NCBI GenBank assembly: GCA_963728405.1
Contig: CAVSJV010000002.1
Location: forward strand, 256,001-320,000
Source: Methanomassiliicoccaceae archaeon
GTDB taxonomy: Archaea; Thermoplasmatota; Thermoplasmata; Methanomassiliicoccales; Methanomassiliicoccaceae
Direction of reading: 5' to 3'
DNA length: 64,000 bases
Part shown: one piece after another, positions 23,049 to 31,857 of the stretch
How the letters are laid out: each line of letters starts with the position of its first letter
Position numbering within the stretch: the first letter of the stretch is position 1
Translations under genes and position numbers: made by a program
Notes under the pieces: generated by a model
What the model was told of the DNA's origin: nothing
Databases searched by the model: none
Seen by the model: the letters and a program-made list of their open reading frames with translations, nothing else

Positions 23049-23396
23049 ATGGCTGAGAAACCGAAGATCAGGATCGACCGGGAGGCCAGGGGGGAGGAGC
23101 CGACCTATTATGCTCAAGAGGACCTGCCGGAGAAATACCAGGACCTATCATGGCGGCTTTGGTTCACCAGGGTCTATGCCAGGACCTTCTTTGTCATCAT
23201 CTGCCTGTGGACCGATTCGATGATCTGGTTGAACATCCGGTTCGACCTTCACCAGCCTTGGGAGCTGGCCACATTGATCGCTATCGCGGCAGTGATCCCC
23301 GAATACTATTTGTTCAGGCGGCTTTGGGGAAGAAGAAAGCTACGAGCAAGTAATGGTGCCGATCTTCCTAATTGCGGGAAGGGCCAACCCCAATAG
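23049..23396 (+). CDS. Small hypothetical membrane protein, last gene of the opp operon
   Basis: Starts 3 nt after oppF with GGTGAG upstream; two hydrophobic segments. Confidence 0.7.
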   Translation: MAEKPKIRIDREARGEEPTYYAQEDLPEKYQDLSWRLWFTRVYARTFFVIICLWTDSMIWLNIRFDLHQPWELATLIAIAAVIPEYYLFRRLWGRRKLRASNGADLPNCGKGQPQ

Positions 23397-23666
23397 GGCC
23401 ATGCCCGCCCTTAATATGGCTGGCATCCTGTACTGGGATGTGTGTTTGCTCCCCATCGAGGACTGATGGTCCTGGGGGCACCATCCGTTCGATGACAGGG
23501 CGTGGCCGTCCTAGCCTACCTCGGTCGAATTTTACATTTACATCACAATAAGGGGCCGGAACGGACCTGTTGGAAACCGGAAGGACGAGGAATCACGGTA
23601 CCTTTTTGTAGTCATACGATGATTATCTGTTTCTAAAATTATATACTTTGGCGAGTATGATAATCT

Positions 23667-23680
23667 GGAAAGTATTATAA
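23667..23680 (+). promoter_or_regulatory. BRE/TATA promoter, probably giving a leaderless transcript of the downstream gene
   Basis: GGAAAGTATTATAA ends ~25 nt before ATG 23705, the canonical archaeal spacing. Confidence 0.6.
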
Positions 23681-23704
23681 GGGCCGGCTTACAATTGTAA
23701 TTGT

Positions 23705-24100
23705 ATGTCGGTGGTTAGTATGGAGGAGCTTGTCTTAGCGTTGAAGAATACGCTGGGCAAGAAGGGAATGCAGGAAAGCGACATCGAGCGCTTGGCCGAG
23801 TACATAATGAGCTTCTTCGGTTATACCGATTCGGTCATCGACAACCGGCTCACCTCGGAGGACCGGGACGTTTTCTACATGCTAGAGGAGGAAGGTTTTG
23901 TCACCACGACCGAGGAAGAGGTGCATCTTAAGAAGGGCAAGATGTGGCGCATCCATTATTGGATCCTAAAGAAGGACCAGATCTTCAGACTGGCAGCGAT
24001 ACCCGAAGAGAAGCACCAGGAGATGGACGAAATGACATCTATCTACGAGAACATATCCAAGGATGTCTGGGCCCGGGAACCTCCTGGCCAGTCGCATTGA
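23705..24100 (+). CDS. Thermoplasmata conserved protein (DUF6015-like)
   Basis: AEYIMSFFGYTDSVIDNRLTSEDRDVFYMLEEEG...EEVHLKKGKMWRIHYWIL pattern, recognised from memory. Confidence 0.8.
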   Translation: MSVVSMEELVLALKNTLGKKGMQESDIERLAEYIMSFFGYTDSVIDNRLTSEDRDVFYMLEEEGFVTTTEEEVHLKKGKMWRIHYWILKKDQIFRLAAIPEEKHQEMDEMTSIYENISKDVWAREPPGQSH

Positions 24101-24238
24101 TATCTCTTCTACTGATCTTTCGAACTACCCCGCCGTCCGGGCGGGGCTCTATGTTTCTATCACTCCGCTTGCTCGGGGTACTTTCTGCTCGCAAAAAGGT
24201 TAATAGTGCTATATCATTAGAGCGTCCAGAGGGACTAG

Positions 24239-25807
24239 ATGGATGGACTTCTTATCGCCCTAGTGATATTGGTCGTATACCTGGTTTTGGTATTCATTCT
24301 GAAGACCAAGGGCATTCTCGAAAAGTACAACATGACTACCTGGGGTCCGTTCATCATGTGGCGGACCAAGCGGGGAAGGGACCTTATCGATAAGCTGGCC
24401 AAGCCCACGCGGTTCTGGAAGTTCTACGCCGCTTTAGGAAAGGGCGTCGTCATCGTGACCATGATCTTCATCATGGCCCTCCTGATCTGGGAAGCGTTCC
24501 TCGTACCCAGCATACCGGCGTCAAGCGCGCCGTCACCGGAGATGCTGATCGGTCTTCCGGGCATCAACCCGGTCATCCCGCTCTGGTATGGTATCCTCGG
24601 TCTGGTGGTCGCGGTGTTCATCCACGAGTTCGCCCACGGCATCCTGACCCGGGTAGGGGACATGAAGGTCAAGGCCATGGGGATCGTCTTCCTGGTCGTT
24701 CCCATGGGTGCTTTCGTCGAGCCGGACGAAGAGGCGCTAGGTAAGGTCGAAAAGAAGAAGCGCACATCGGTCTACGCGGTCGGTCCCGCTACCAACATCA
24801 TATTCGCTCTCATCTGCGCGTTCCTGTTCTCGATGGTAGTGGTATCGTCAGCTCAGGTGGCCCACGACGGACCGGTGGTCCTGAGCGTCGCCGGCTCCTC
24901 TCCTGCCTCGGTGGCGGGCATGCAGATCGGGGACCAGATCGTGGAGGCCAATGGAGTCGCGGTAGCCTCGGACGGTTTCAACACGATATCCGCACCGAAC
25001 CCCGGCACCAACACCACGTTAGTGTATTACCGTTCAGGCAATAGTATGGGGGCCTCGATGGTCTCGGGCATGTACATCATCTCTACCACCGAGGGAGAAC
25101 CGGCCAGGAACGCGGGCATCCAGTCTGGCATGATACTCGCTTCGCTGGACGAACATATCATCCGCAACTACGCGGAGTTCCGTTCCGTGCTGGAAAACGT
25201 GACGCCCGGAGCGACTATGCCTATTTCCGTACTCGCCCTGAACACGACCTCCGGCCAATATGAGAACGTCTCCTCCATACAGAGCATTTCCACACTCAAG
25301 AGGGGGACGGACTCCAGTCCCATCGCCTATCTCGGTGTGGTCATCACATACAGCGGTCTGGGCGTGGCCGACCCCGAGGTCCTGCTAAGCGCTATGGCCA
25401 ACCCATACGCTGATGTCAGTGGTCCCGGCGACTTCGTCACCGGAACGCTGCGTTACATCGCGCTTCCGTTCCTCGGACTTCAGCCTCTTAGCGGCCCGTT
25501 GACCGGTATCCTGGTGCCGGGCGGAATATTCGCCGGGATGTCAGCCGATACGTTCTGGATCATCGCCAACAGCCTATATTGGATATTCTGGATCAATCTG
25601 ATGGTGGGTATGACCAACGCGCTTCCAGCCGTACCGCTCGACGGAGGCTTCCTGTTCAAGGACTGGCTGGACTCCATCGTCGGGAAGGTCAAGCAGGGCG
25701 CCGACCAGAAGCAGAGGGAGCGATACGTCAACGGCATAACATGGGGCTTCGCCCTACTGGTGCTATTCCTGATCATGTGGCAGATAATCGGACCACGGGT
25801 CCTCTGA
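24239..25807 (+). CDS. Site-2 protease (M50) with PDZ domains
   Basis: HEFAH zinc motif, GAFVEPDEE, VGPATN, NALPAVPLDGG; two PDZ-like 'SPA..AG...GD' segments. Confidence 0.95.
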   Translation: MDGLLIALVILVVYLVLVFILKTKGILEKYNMTTWGPFIMWRTKRGRDLIDKLAKPTRFWKFYAALGKGVVIVTMIFIMALLIWEAFLVPSIPASSAPSPEMLIGLPGINPVIPLWYGILGLVVAVFIHEFAHGILTRVGDMKVKAMGIVFLVVPMGAFVEPDEEALGKVEKKKRTSVYAVGPATNIIFALICAFLFSMVVVSSAQVAHDGPVVLSVAGSSPASVAGMQIGDQIVEANGVAVASDGFNTISAPNPGTNTTLVYYRSGNSMGASMVSGMYIISTTEGEPARNAGIQSGMILASLDEHIIRNYAEFRSVLENVTPGATMPISVLALNTTSGQYENVSSIQSISTLKRGTDSSPIAYLGVVITYSGLGVADPEVLLSAMANPYADVSGPGDFVTGTLRYIALPFLGLQPLSGPLTGILVPGGIFAGMSADTFWIIANSLYWIFWINLMVGMTNALPAVPLDGGFLFKDWLDSIVGKVKQGADQKQRERYVNGITWGFALLVLFLIMWQIIGPRVL

Positions 25808-26074
25808 TCAGGACCGCACCGCGATCAGCAGCCCCCGGTACTCATTGCACCGGGGGCACAGATCGTAATCTAGAGCGCGGAAGTTGGAGGTGACCTCGTA
25901 CACCGACCCGCAGTCCGCGCACTTCTTGAACGCCACCATGGCGGGGGTGAACCGATCGCACTGATCCACCCTCGTACCTTTGTTATAGACGCACAGCTCG
26001 GCTGAGCAGTTGTCGCACAGGCTTCGCCGACTGACCTTCATCCAAAGGTGTTCTCCCACCTTTACTCGCCCCAT
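25808..26074 (-). CDS. Small Cys-rich zinc-finger protein
   Basis: CDNC...C...C, CADC, CPRC in 88 aa. Confidence 0.7.
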   Translation of the reverse strand: MGRVKVGEHLWMKVSRRSLCDNCSAELCVYNKGTRVDQCDRFTPAMVAFKKCADCGSVYEVTSNFRALDYDLCPRCNEYRGLLIAVRS

Positions 26075-26848
26075 CCTGATCGCCTCGTGTGATAACGATT
26101 GTCAATGTGGTGGTCCACTATAAAATGGTTAGACCGAACTGTTTCGGGTCTGAAAGGGCAACATGGGGCCAGAGGCGTGGCCGAGGTGGTCGGTAAGGCG
26201 GGGAATCTGGTGAAATGGTCAGACCTCTTAGGATGGTGATCTTCCACAATATCCGATCAACACCCTGTTCAACCAAGACTGCCTGACGCTCGAAGTACGG
26301 TCCGGGTGGGCCGACACTGCTAGGGGATAGGACCCATACATGGGTCCCAATAACGAAGCAGCAGCTAACAAAGCCATGTCGATCTACGAACGGCATGAAC
26401 CGTTCCAGTGACTGGCCGATGTGGCCGTTATCAACGCTTCGGAAAGGATTGTGCTCGACATGTCGCACTTAATCTTGCCTATATGCATAAGATAATGATA
26501 GATAATCACGATATTCGATCGAGGTCGGCCGATGTGGAGAAACTGATCAAGGAGGTCAACGTGAAATTTACTTTCAAGGTTGAGTTCAAAGGAACATCCT
26601 GAGAATGAGGTCATGTCTTATTTCAGAAGGCAGGAGAACTGGCCGACCACCTTCAGGAAAAAAGGAAGACGCTGTAATGGGCCCGTATTTTACCTATCAT
26701 CTCGTAGGCACTTTCCTGTCCTCCTGGCCCAGAGCCCTCTGATAGTGGTTCCAGCTCGCATCCGGCCTTACCTTGGCAATGCTCATGGGTCGTGAATAGG
26801 CCAATCCTTGACCAAGTTAACGGAGGAAGATGGCCGGAAAGTGATGCA

Positions 26849-29455
26849 TTACTTTGAAGGGATGCTGAAGTAGAAAGTGCTCCCCTTCCCTGGCTCGGAC
26901 TCGAACCAGACGCGCCCGCCATACCGCTCGACGATCTTCTTCACCATGGCCAGGCCGATGCCTGCCCCCTCGTACTCAGTCTGCGCATGGAGCCGGGAGA
27001 ACATCTGGAACAGGTGGTCTTTATACTGCGGGTCGATGCCGATGCCGTTGTCTCTGACCGAGAATAGCCACCCCCCCTCTCGCCCTTCGGCGGAGATGTG
27101 GGACCCGAGGAGTGTCAGGCGCGTGGAATTTTATGGCGTTCGCCACTAGGTTCTGGAGAAGCTGCACCATCTGGGAGTCGTTGGCCACAACGGTCGGCAG
27201 GGAATCGTTGGAGACGACCGCCCTGGACTCCGAAATTGAAGCGGCGAGGTTCTGCCTCACCTGGTCGAGTACCACATTCATGTCAACGGGCTCGAGGCTC
27301 TCGTTCCCCTGATCTATCTTCGATAACTCCAGCAGGTCGTCGATCAACTTGGCCATACGCCTACTACTGCACACCACCTGGTCGATGAAACCGCTCGCCC
27401 TCTCGTCTAAGATCTTCCCTTTGTATCTGGACTGCAACAATTGCAGGAACGACGATATTGTTGTTAGAGGGGCCTTGAGGTCGTGACTTGCTAATGTAGG
27501 CGAAATGCTGTAGTTCGGTGTTGGAGCTCTTCAAATCATTTTCCAGCATTTTCAGTCTGCTGAAGTCAGTGAAGACGACTAGACTACCAGTTACCTTCCC
27601 ATCAAGATTTATTATGGGCAAGGCAGAGGCAAGCACTATCGCCCGTCCTCCATCCGCTCTCTGTACCTCTAGTTCTTCATTGCTTAGGGCCTCGCCCCTC
27701 AGCAAGGCCCGAGCTACCGGCATCTCTTCTGCCGGCAAGGGGATGTTGGAACCGGGACGATACACACGAAAGAGGGTGAGATCGGAGAGGCTTCTGGATT
27801 GGGCAGAATTTCCCAAATAATCGTGCATGATCCTGTTTCTGATGATAATCTGGCCACTAGCGTCCGCCACGGAGACACCCACCGGCAGGGTGTCGAGTAT
27901 CGTTTGAAGCCGGGAGCGCTCCTCCTCCACCACCCTCTCCACAGTCTTCCGCCCAGTGATGTCCTGGGTAATGCCCGACGCCGCCCTAACCCGGCCGTCC
28001 GGGCCCCAGGTGACACTATCGGTCATGGCATGCAAGTAGCGGATAGACCCGTTCGGCAGAACGATCCGGTAGTCGATGCCTCCCAGCCGCCCTTCCCGTT
28101 GCACCGACACGACGTATTCCTTGTACCTCTGCAGGTCATCCGGATGAATGAACGACCAGATCTGGTCCAGAATGGTTCCAGATTGGGGCTCGAGACCGTA
28201 GATTCGATAGGTTTCATCAGACGCCTCGAACTGCCCGGTCTGGAAGTCGAGGGACCAGCTCCCTAGATGGGCGATCTCCTGGGACCTGGCCAGCACAGTT
28301 ATATTCTTGTTCAACGCCTCTTCAATCCGCTTCCGCTCGGTTATGTCCAAAAGGGAGGAGAGCATGACATCTTCCCCACCAATCGTTAGTATCTGAGCCG
28401 AATATAAGGCGGTCCAAACCTCGCCGTTCTTCCTCCTAAGCTGTAATTCCCTATTATTGATAGATCTGTTCTTCTCTAATTCGAGCACCACATCTTCCCG
28501 ATCATGGCCTGTCATCCATATCTGTAGTTCAGAGGTGTTGCGGCCGATGACCTCGTCCCGGGTATATCCCAGAATCTTCAACCCAGTGTCGTTGGCCTCG
28601 ATGATCCTGCCATCGCTCAAACGGGTGATAAAGGTCGATGCGGCCGAGCCGTGGAACGCTTTGGCGAACTTCTCCTCGTTCTCCCTTAGCGCTTCCTCCG
28701 CCCGCTTTAGCGTGGTGATGTCGTACAATTGGACACAAATGTTCGGTTTTCCATTTAGGACGATGGGGAACGCGGAGGTCTCGGCATAGATCTGCGTACC
28801 ATCCTTCTTGATGCCGATGAATTCGATCCTACCCTTGGCTTCCATCTGTAACCAACCTAGGATCGCATCGCGGGTTTCGGCACTCATCATAAAGTCAAAC
28901 CCATTCCTTCCAATGATCTCCTCCGGCTCGTAACCGAACATATGGGCGAACTGGGGGTTACAGTCGATGATGATCCCCCCCATCATGGAACATTATGCCC
29001 TCCGTTGAAGCCTCCGCCAGAGCCCGGAACCGGTTCTCGCTCTCTTGCAGCTGTTTCTTGGTGCGAAAGGTCTCCGCCGCCCTTCTGATCATGTTGGCCA
29101 GCTCGGCATACTGGGCCTCAGGGTCGCTCCCTTTTTGGAGGTAAAAGCACGCCCCCAGGTTGAGGGCATCCACCGCGACGTCCTCCCTTCCTTTCCCGGT
29201 GAACAGTATGAACGGCACCTCGCTTCTCCGTTCATTGAGCTCCTTGAGCAATTCAAGGCCGTTCATGGAGTGCATCTGGTAGTCCGATACCACCACATCG
29301 TATTCGCTCGCTTCGATCTTAGAGAGCGCCTCGTGGGCCGAACCCGCCACCTCTACGGACATGTCCTCATTGTCCCCTAGGCAGATCCTGGTCAAGTTAA
29401 GATGGGCTGGTTCATCGTCGACCGCCAGAACTTTGATCTTCTCCATTGATATCAA
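26849..29455 (-). CDS. Hybrid signal-transduction protein REC-(PAS)n-HisKA-HATPase; three +1 frameshifts (~28975-28981, ~27493, ~27100)
   Basis: REC (AVDDE, VVSDYQM, ILFTG, YLQK); about four PAS repeats; FAYI(A)SHDLKAPL H-box; [14 protein letters not shown]-box; [22 protein letters not shown]. Confidence 0.9.
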
Positions 29456-29774
29456 TTCCCCTGTGAGTCCTATTTATTTTTAGCTTTAATAAACACCCTG
29501 TCATTGATGGTTTTAGTTGTTATCTCTTTCATGAATGGCCAGTACTACTTTTCATTAGAGCTGATGGTAAAAACACTATTCTGCGTCGATGCGACACGAC
29601 TTACGAGATGATAAAAATGGGTTGGACTCGGCTTGGATCAATTATCGCTTGAGCTAGATAATGAAAAACGAGGGTCCGATTTATCAAACCTCCCGACCTG
29701 GCCAGTGCAGGGTGTACGGGGCTAAAAGGGATTTTCTTTGGCAAGCCTCTGGCCTTACTTGGGATATGAATGCT

Positions 29775-30899
29775 TTATTTTGGAACGGCGTCAATATTGG
29801 CGCAGATGAGATTTTGGCATTCATCTATCAATTCAAGAACGGCATCCCATAGCACTCCTGCAATAACCACAACTGTCGCAGCCACAGGAACAATCTGATT
29901 CCAGAGTAGAACTATTAACTCTCTAATCCCACGGAACATATCCATCATCATTACCTTGATAATTTTAAGGAAATCAGACAAGGAATCCATAACCTTTCTC
30001 AGAGTTACGATAAGGGGGTTTTGTACATTATCTTTCAATGCAATGGCGATAATTGAAACCACACCTGCTAACGCCAAAAATCTTTTCAGATATAGTGGCA
30101 ATTTCTCGTAGGCCTCAACGACCGATGTCGTGATTTTGCTCAGGAATTTTTTCAAGGATACGAAGACATCAGATAACATATCGTAAAGCAGAGCAATCAG
30201 ATATTCGACCTTTTTTATTACCGGAATTCCAGCTAGCGATAGGATGTATAGGGACAAAACTCCTCCTTCTGCTACTAAGACAATGTTGGCGTAATCCCGA
30301 ATATCCCATCTTTTAACAATTTTTTGACCCTCATAGACCTCATGGCCTCTGCTGATTATTGCCTTTGAATTGGATGTTATTGTCACTGCGAGAAATGGGA
30401 CATCATTCGGGTCGATATTTCCAATTGCATCTGCTGCCGTTTTCAAAGAACTGGCAGTCGGATCGGACATTGTTCTTACAAGCGACAAAAGATAGTTGGC
30501 ATGGCTCAGCGCTTTTTGCTTGTCCGCTCCTTTTGGTAAGTCCTTTTCTATTGCCTCCATCACCTCATTTCGTGTGTTCGTATGGGCGACCAGGTCTACA
30601 TACGGACAGGAAAATATCCTAGGGGTTGTAGACGGCCTATCCTTTGCAACTCTGAACGCATCAGCAATAATGATGTTTGAATCGACGCCAAATACAAATC
30701 GAAAAGAGAAATCAAATCCGCTAATGCCCACCCATTCAAGGATCTCATCTCGGACCTTGCTATGTAATTCGGGTGGAAAATCCTTTGATATTCTCTTTAT
30801 TTGTGCCCTGCCCTCTCCCCTTAATGCGCTAAAAACCTCACGATTTTCTTCAAGATAATCGGTAAGCAATAACCTAGTCGTCTCGTCCCCATCAATCAT
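29775..30899 (-). CDS. PIN-domain protein with C-terminal helical/hydrophobic region, AT-rich
   Basis: FVFGVDSNIIIADA and IGNIDPNDVPFLAV...AIISR PIN-like motifs; hydrophobic segments in the C-terminal ~160 aa. Confidence 0.7.
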   Translation of the reverse strand: MIDGDETTRLLLTDYLEENREVFSALRGEGRAQIKRISKDFPPELHSKVRDEILEWVGISGFDFSFRFVFGVDSNIIIADAFRVAKDRPSTTPRIFSCPYVDLVAHTNTRNEVMEAIEKDLPKGADKQKALSHANYLLSLVRTMSDPTASSLKTAADAIGNIDPNDVPFLAVTITSNSKAIISRGHEVYEGQKIVKRWDIRDYANIVLVAEGGVLSLYILSLAGIPVIKKVEYLIALLYDMLSDVFVSLKKFLSKITTSVVEAYEKLPLYLKRFLALAGVVSIIAIALKDNVQNPLIVTLRKVMDSLSDFLKIIKVMMMDMFRGIRELIVLLWNQIVPVAATVVVIAGVLWDAVLELIDECQNLICANIDAVPK

Positions 30900-31000
30900 T
30901 TGAACGCGGATATGGTCCTATGATATTAATCATTTGAAGTGGTTTTTTAGAATATGCTCTAATTTATATTATTTCAAAAGCATACATCCCTGGGGATCAA

Positions 31001-31429
31001 TTGGAGGATCAATCTCAAATTCCACAACCTGCACCGGCCACACCGGGGAAGAAGCTTAGCAGGAATCAGATGTTGGTAATCGCAATTGTAGTGATCATCG
31101 CCGTGGTCGTGATCCTGGCCGTTGTTTTATCAACGGCAGCCGCAATGAGAAGTGACCAGGTAAAGATAATTGTCTCCTATCCGGGTGACTGGTCGGGGAC
31201 CTATTCTGATGGAAGTAGCTTACACAGTTGGAGCGGATGGGGAGAGGACTCGGTAATTGTCACCCGATCTTCGGCCACCGCAACCATCTACGCGATGGCG
31301 ATGTCTACCGAATTTGGCTCTAGCGGAACTATGACATTGAAGATAATCGGACCGGACGGTCACACACTTAAAGAGGCCAGCGGATCCTCCGCATTCAATT
31401 TAGTAATGGTGTCTTGGACCCCCAGCTAA
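31001..31429 (+). CDS. Membrane-anchored hypothetical protein (single TM plus beta-rich ectodomain)
   Basis: TTG start; MLVIAIVVIIAVVVILAVVL anchor; Ser/Thr/Gly-rich beta domain. Confidence 0.7.
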   Translation: MEDQSQIPQPAPATPGKKLSRNQMLVIAIVVIIAVVVILAVVLSTAAAMRSDQVKIIVSYPGDWSGTYSDGSSLHSWSGWGEDSVIVTRSSATATIYAMAMSTEFGSSGTMTLKIIGPDGHTLKEASGSSAFNLVMVSWTPS

Positions 31430-31647
31430 GGCCTTAGAAACCCACCCTTAGCCGGAACGCGATAGGAATAAGAGGCCGGGGTCCAAGGACCAATGTCCCC
31501 CTTAAGCTCATCCTTTGGAACTTCAAAAGGGTAGAAGTCCAGGCATATGGCCTTGAACTCTAATTCATTTATCTTGATTCGCCGCTCTCGTTCCATCAGT
31601 TTTGATTTCATGCACTCGCGACTCTGGGCAGGGCGTATAGGTATCAT
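31426..31647 (-). CDS. Small hypothetical protein, possibly a remnant
   Basis: 73-aa ORF with a purine-rich upstream sequence; no motif recognised. Confidence 0.3.
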   Translation of the reverse strand: MIPIRPAQSRECMKSKLMERERRIKINELEFKAICLDFYPFEVPKDELKGDIGPWTPASYSYRVPAKGGFLRP

Positions 31648-31821
31648 TTTTCATCCCTATCTAATGCCCCAAAAAGTTGTGAGGGGCCGAATTTGAACCA
31701 CCTGAGTAATGGTACCTTTTTTCAGTAAGTTACTGAACGTCGAATGGCTTAGAAATTATTTCTTACCGCTCATTCATTCATAGATAAGTGCACTAAGGTT
31801 AATATTTTATATATGGATAAC

Positions 31822-31850
31822 AATAAAGAAAAAAAGAGAAGAGAAAAGGT
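31822..31850 (-). terminator. Oligo-pyrimidine (archaeal-type) terminator after nrdD
   Basis: Minus strand reads CCTTTTCTCTTCTCTTTTTTTCTTTATT immediately after the stop. Confidence 0.6.
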
Positions 31851-31857
31851 TTTGAGT

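Noticed and set aside
26075-26848. Short ORFs between the zinc-finger gene and the kinase
   Set aside because: No recognisable motifs and conflicting overlaps; cannot be supported.
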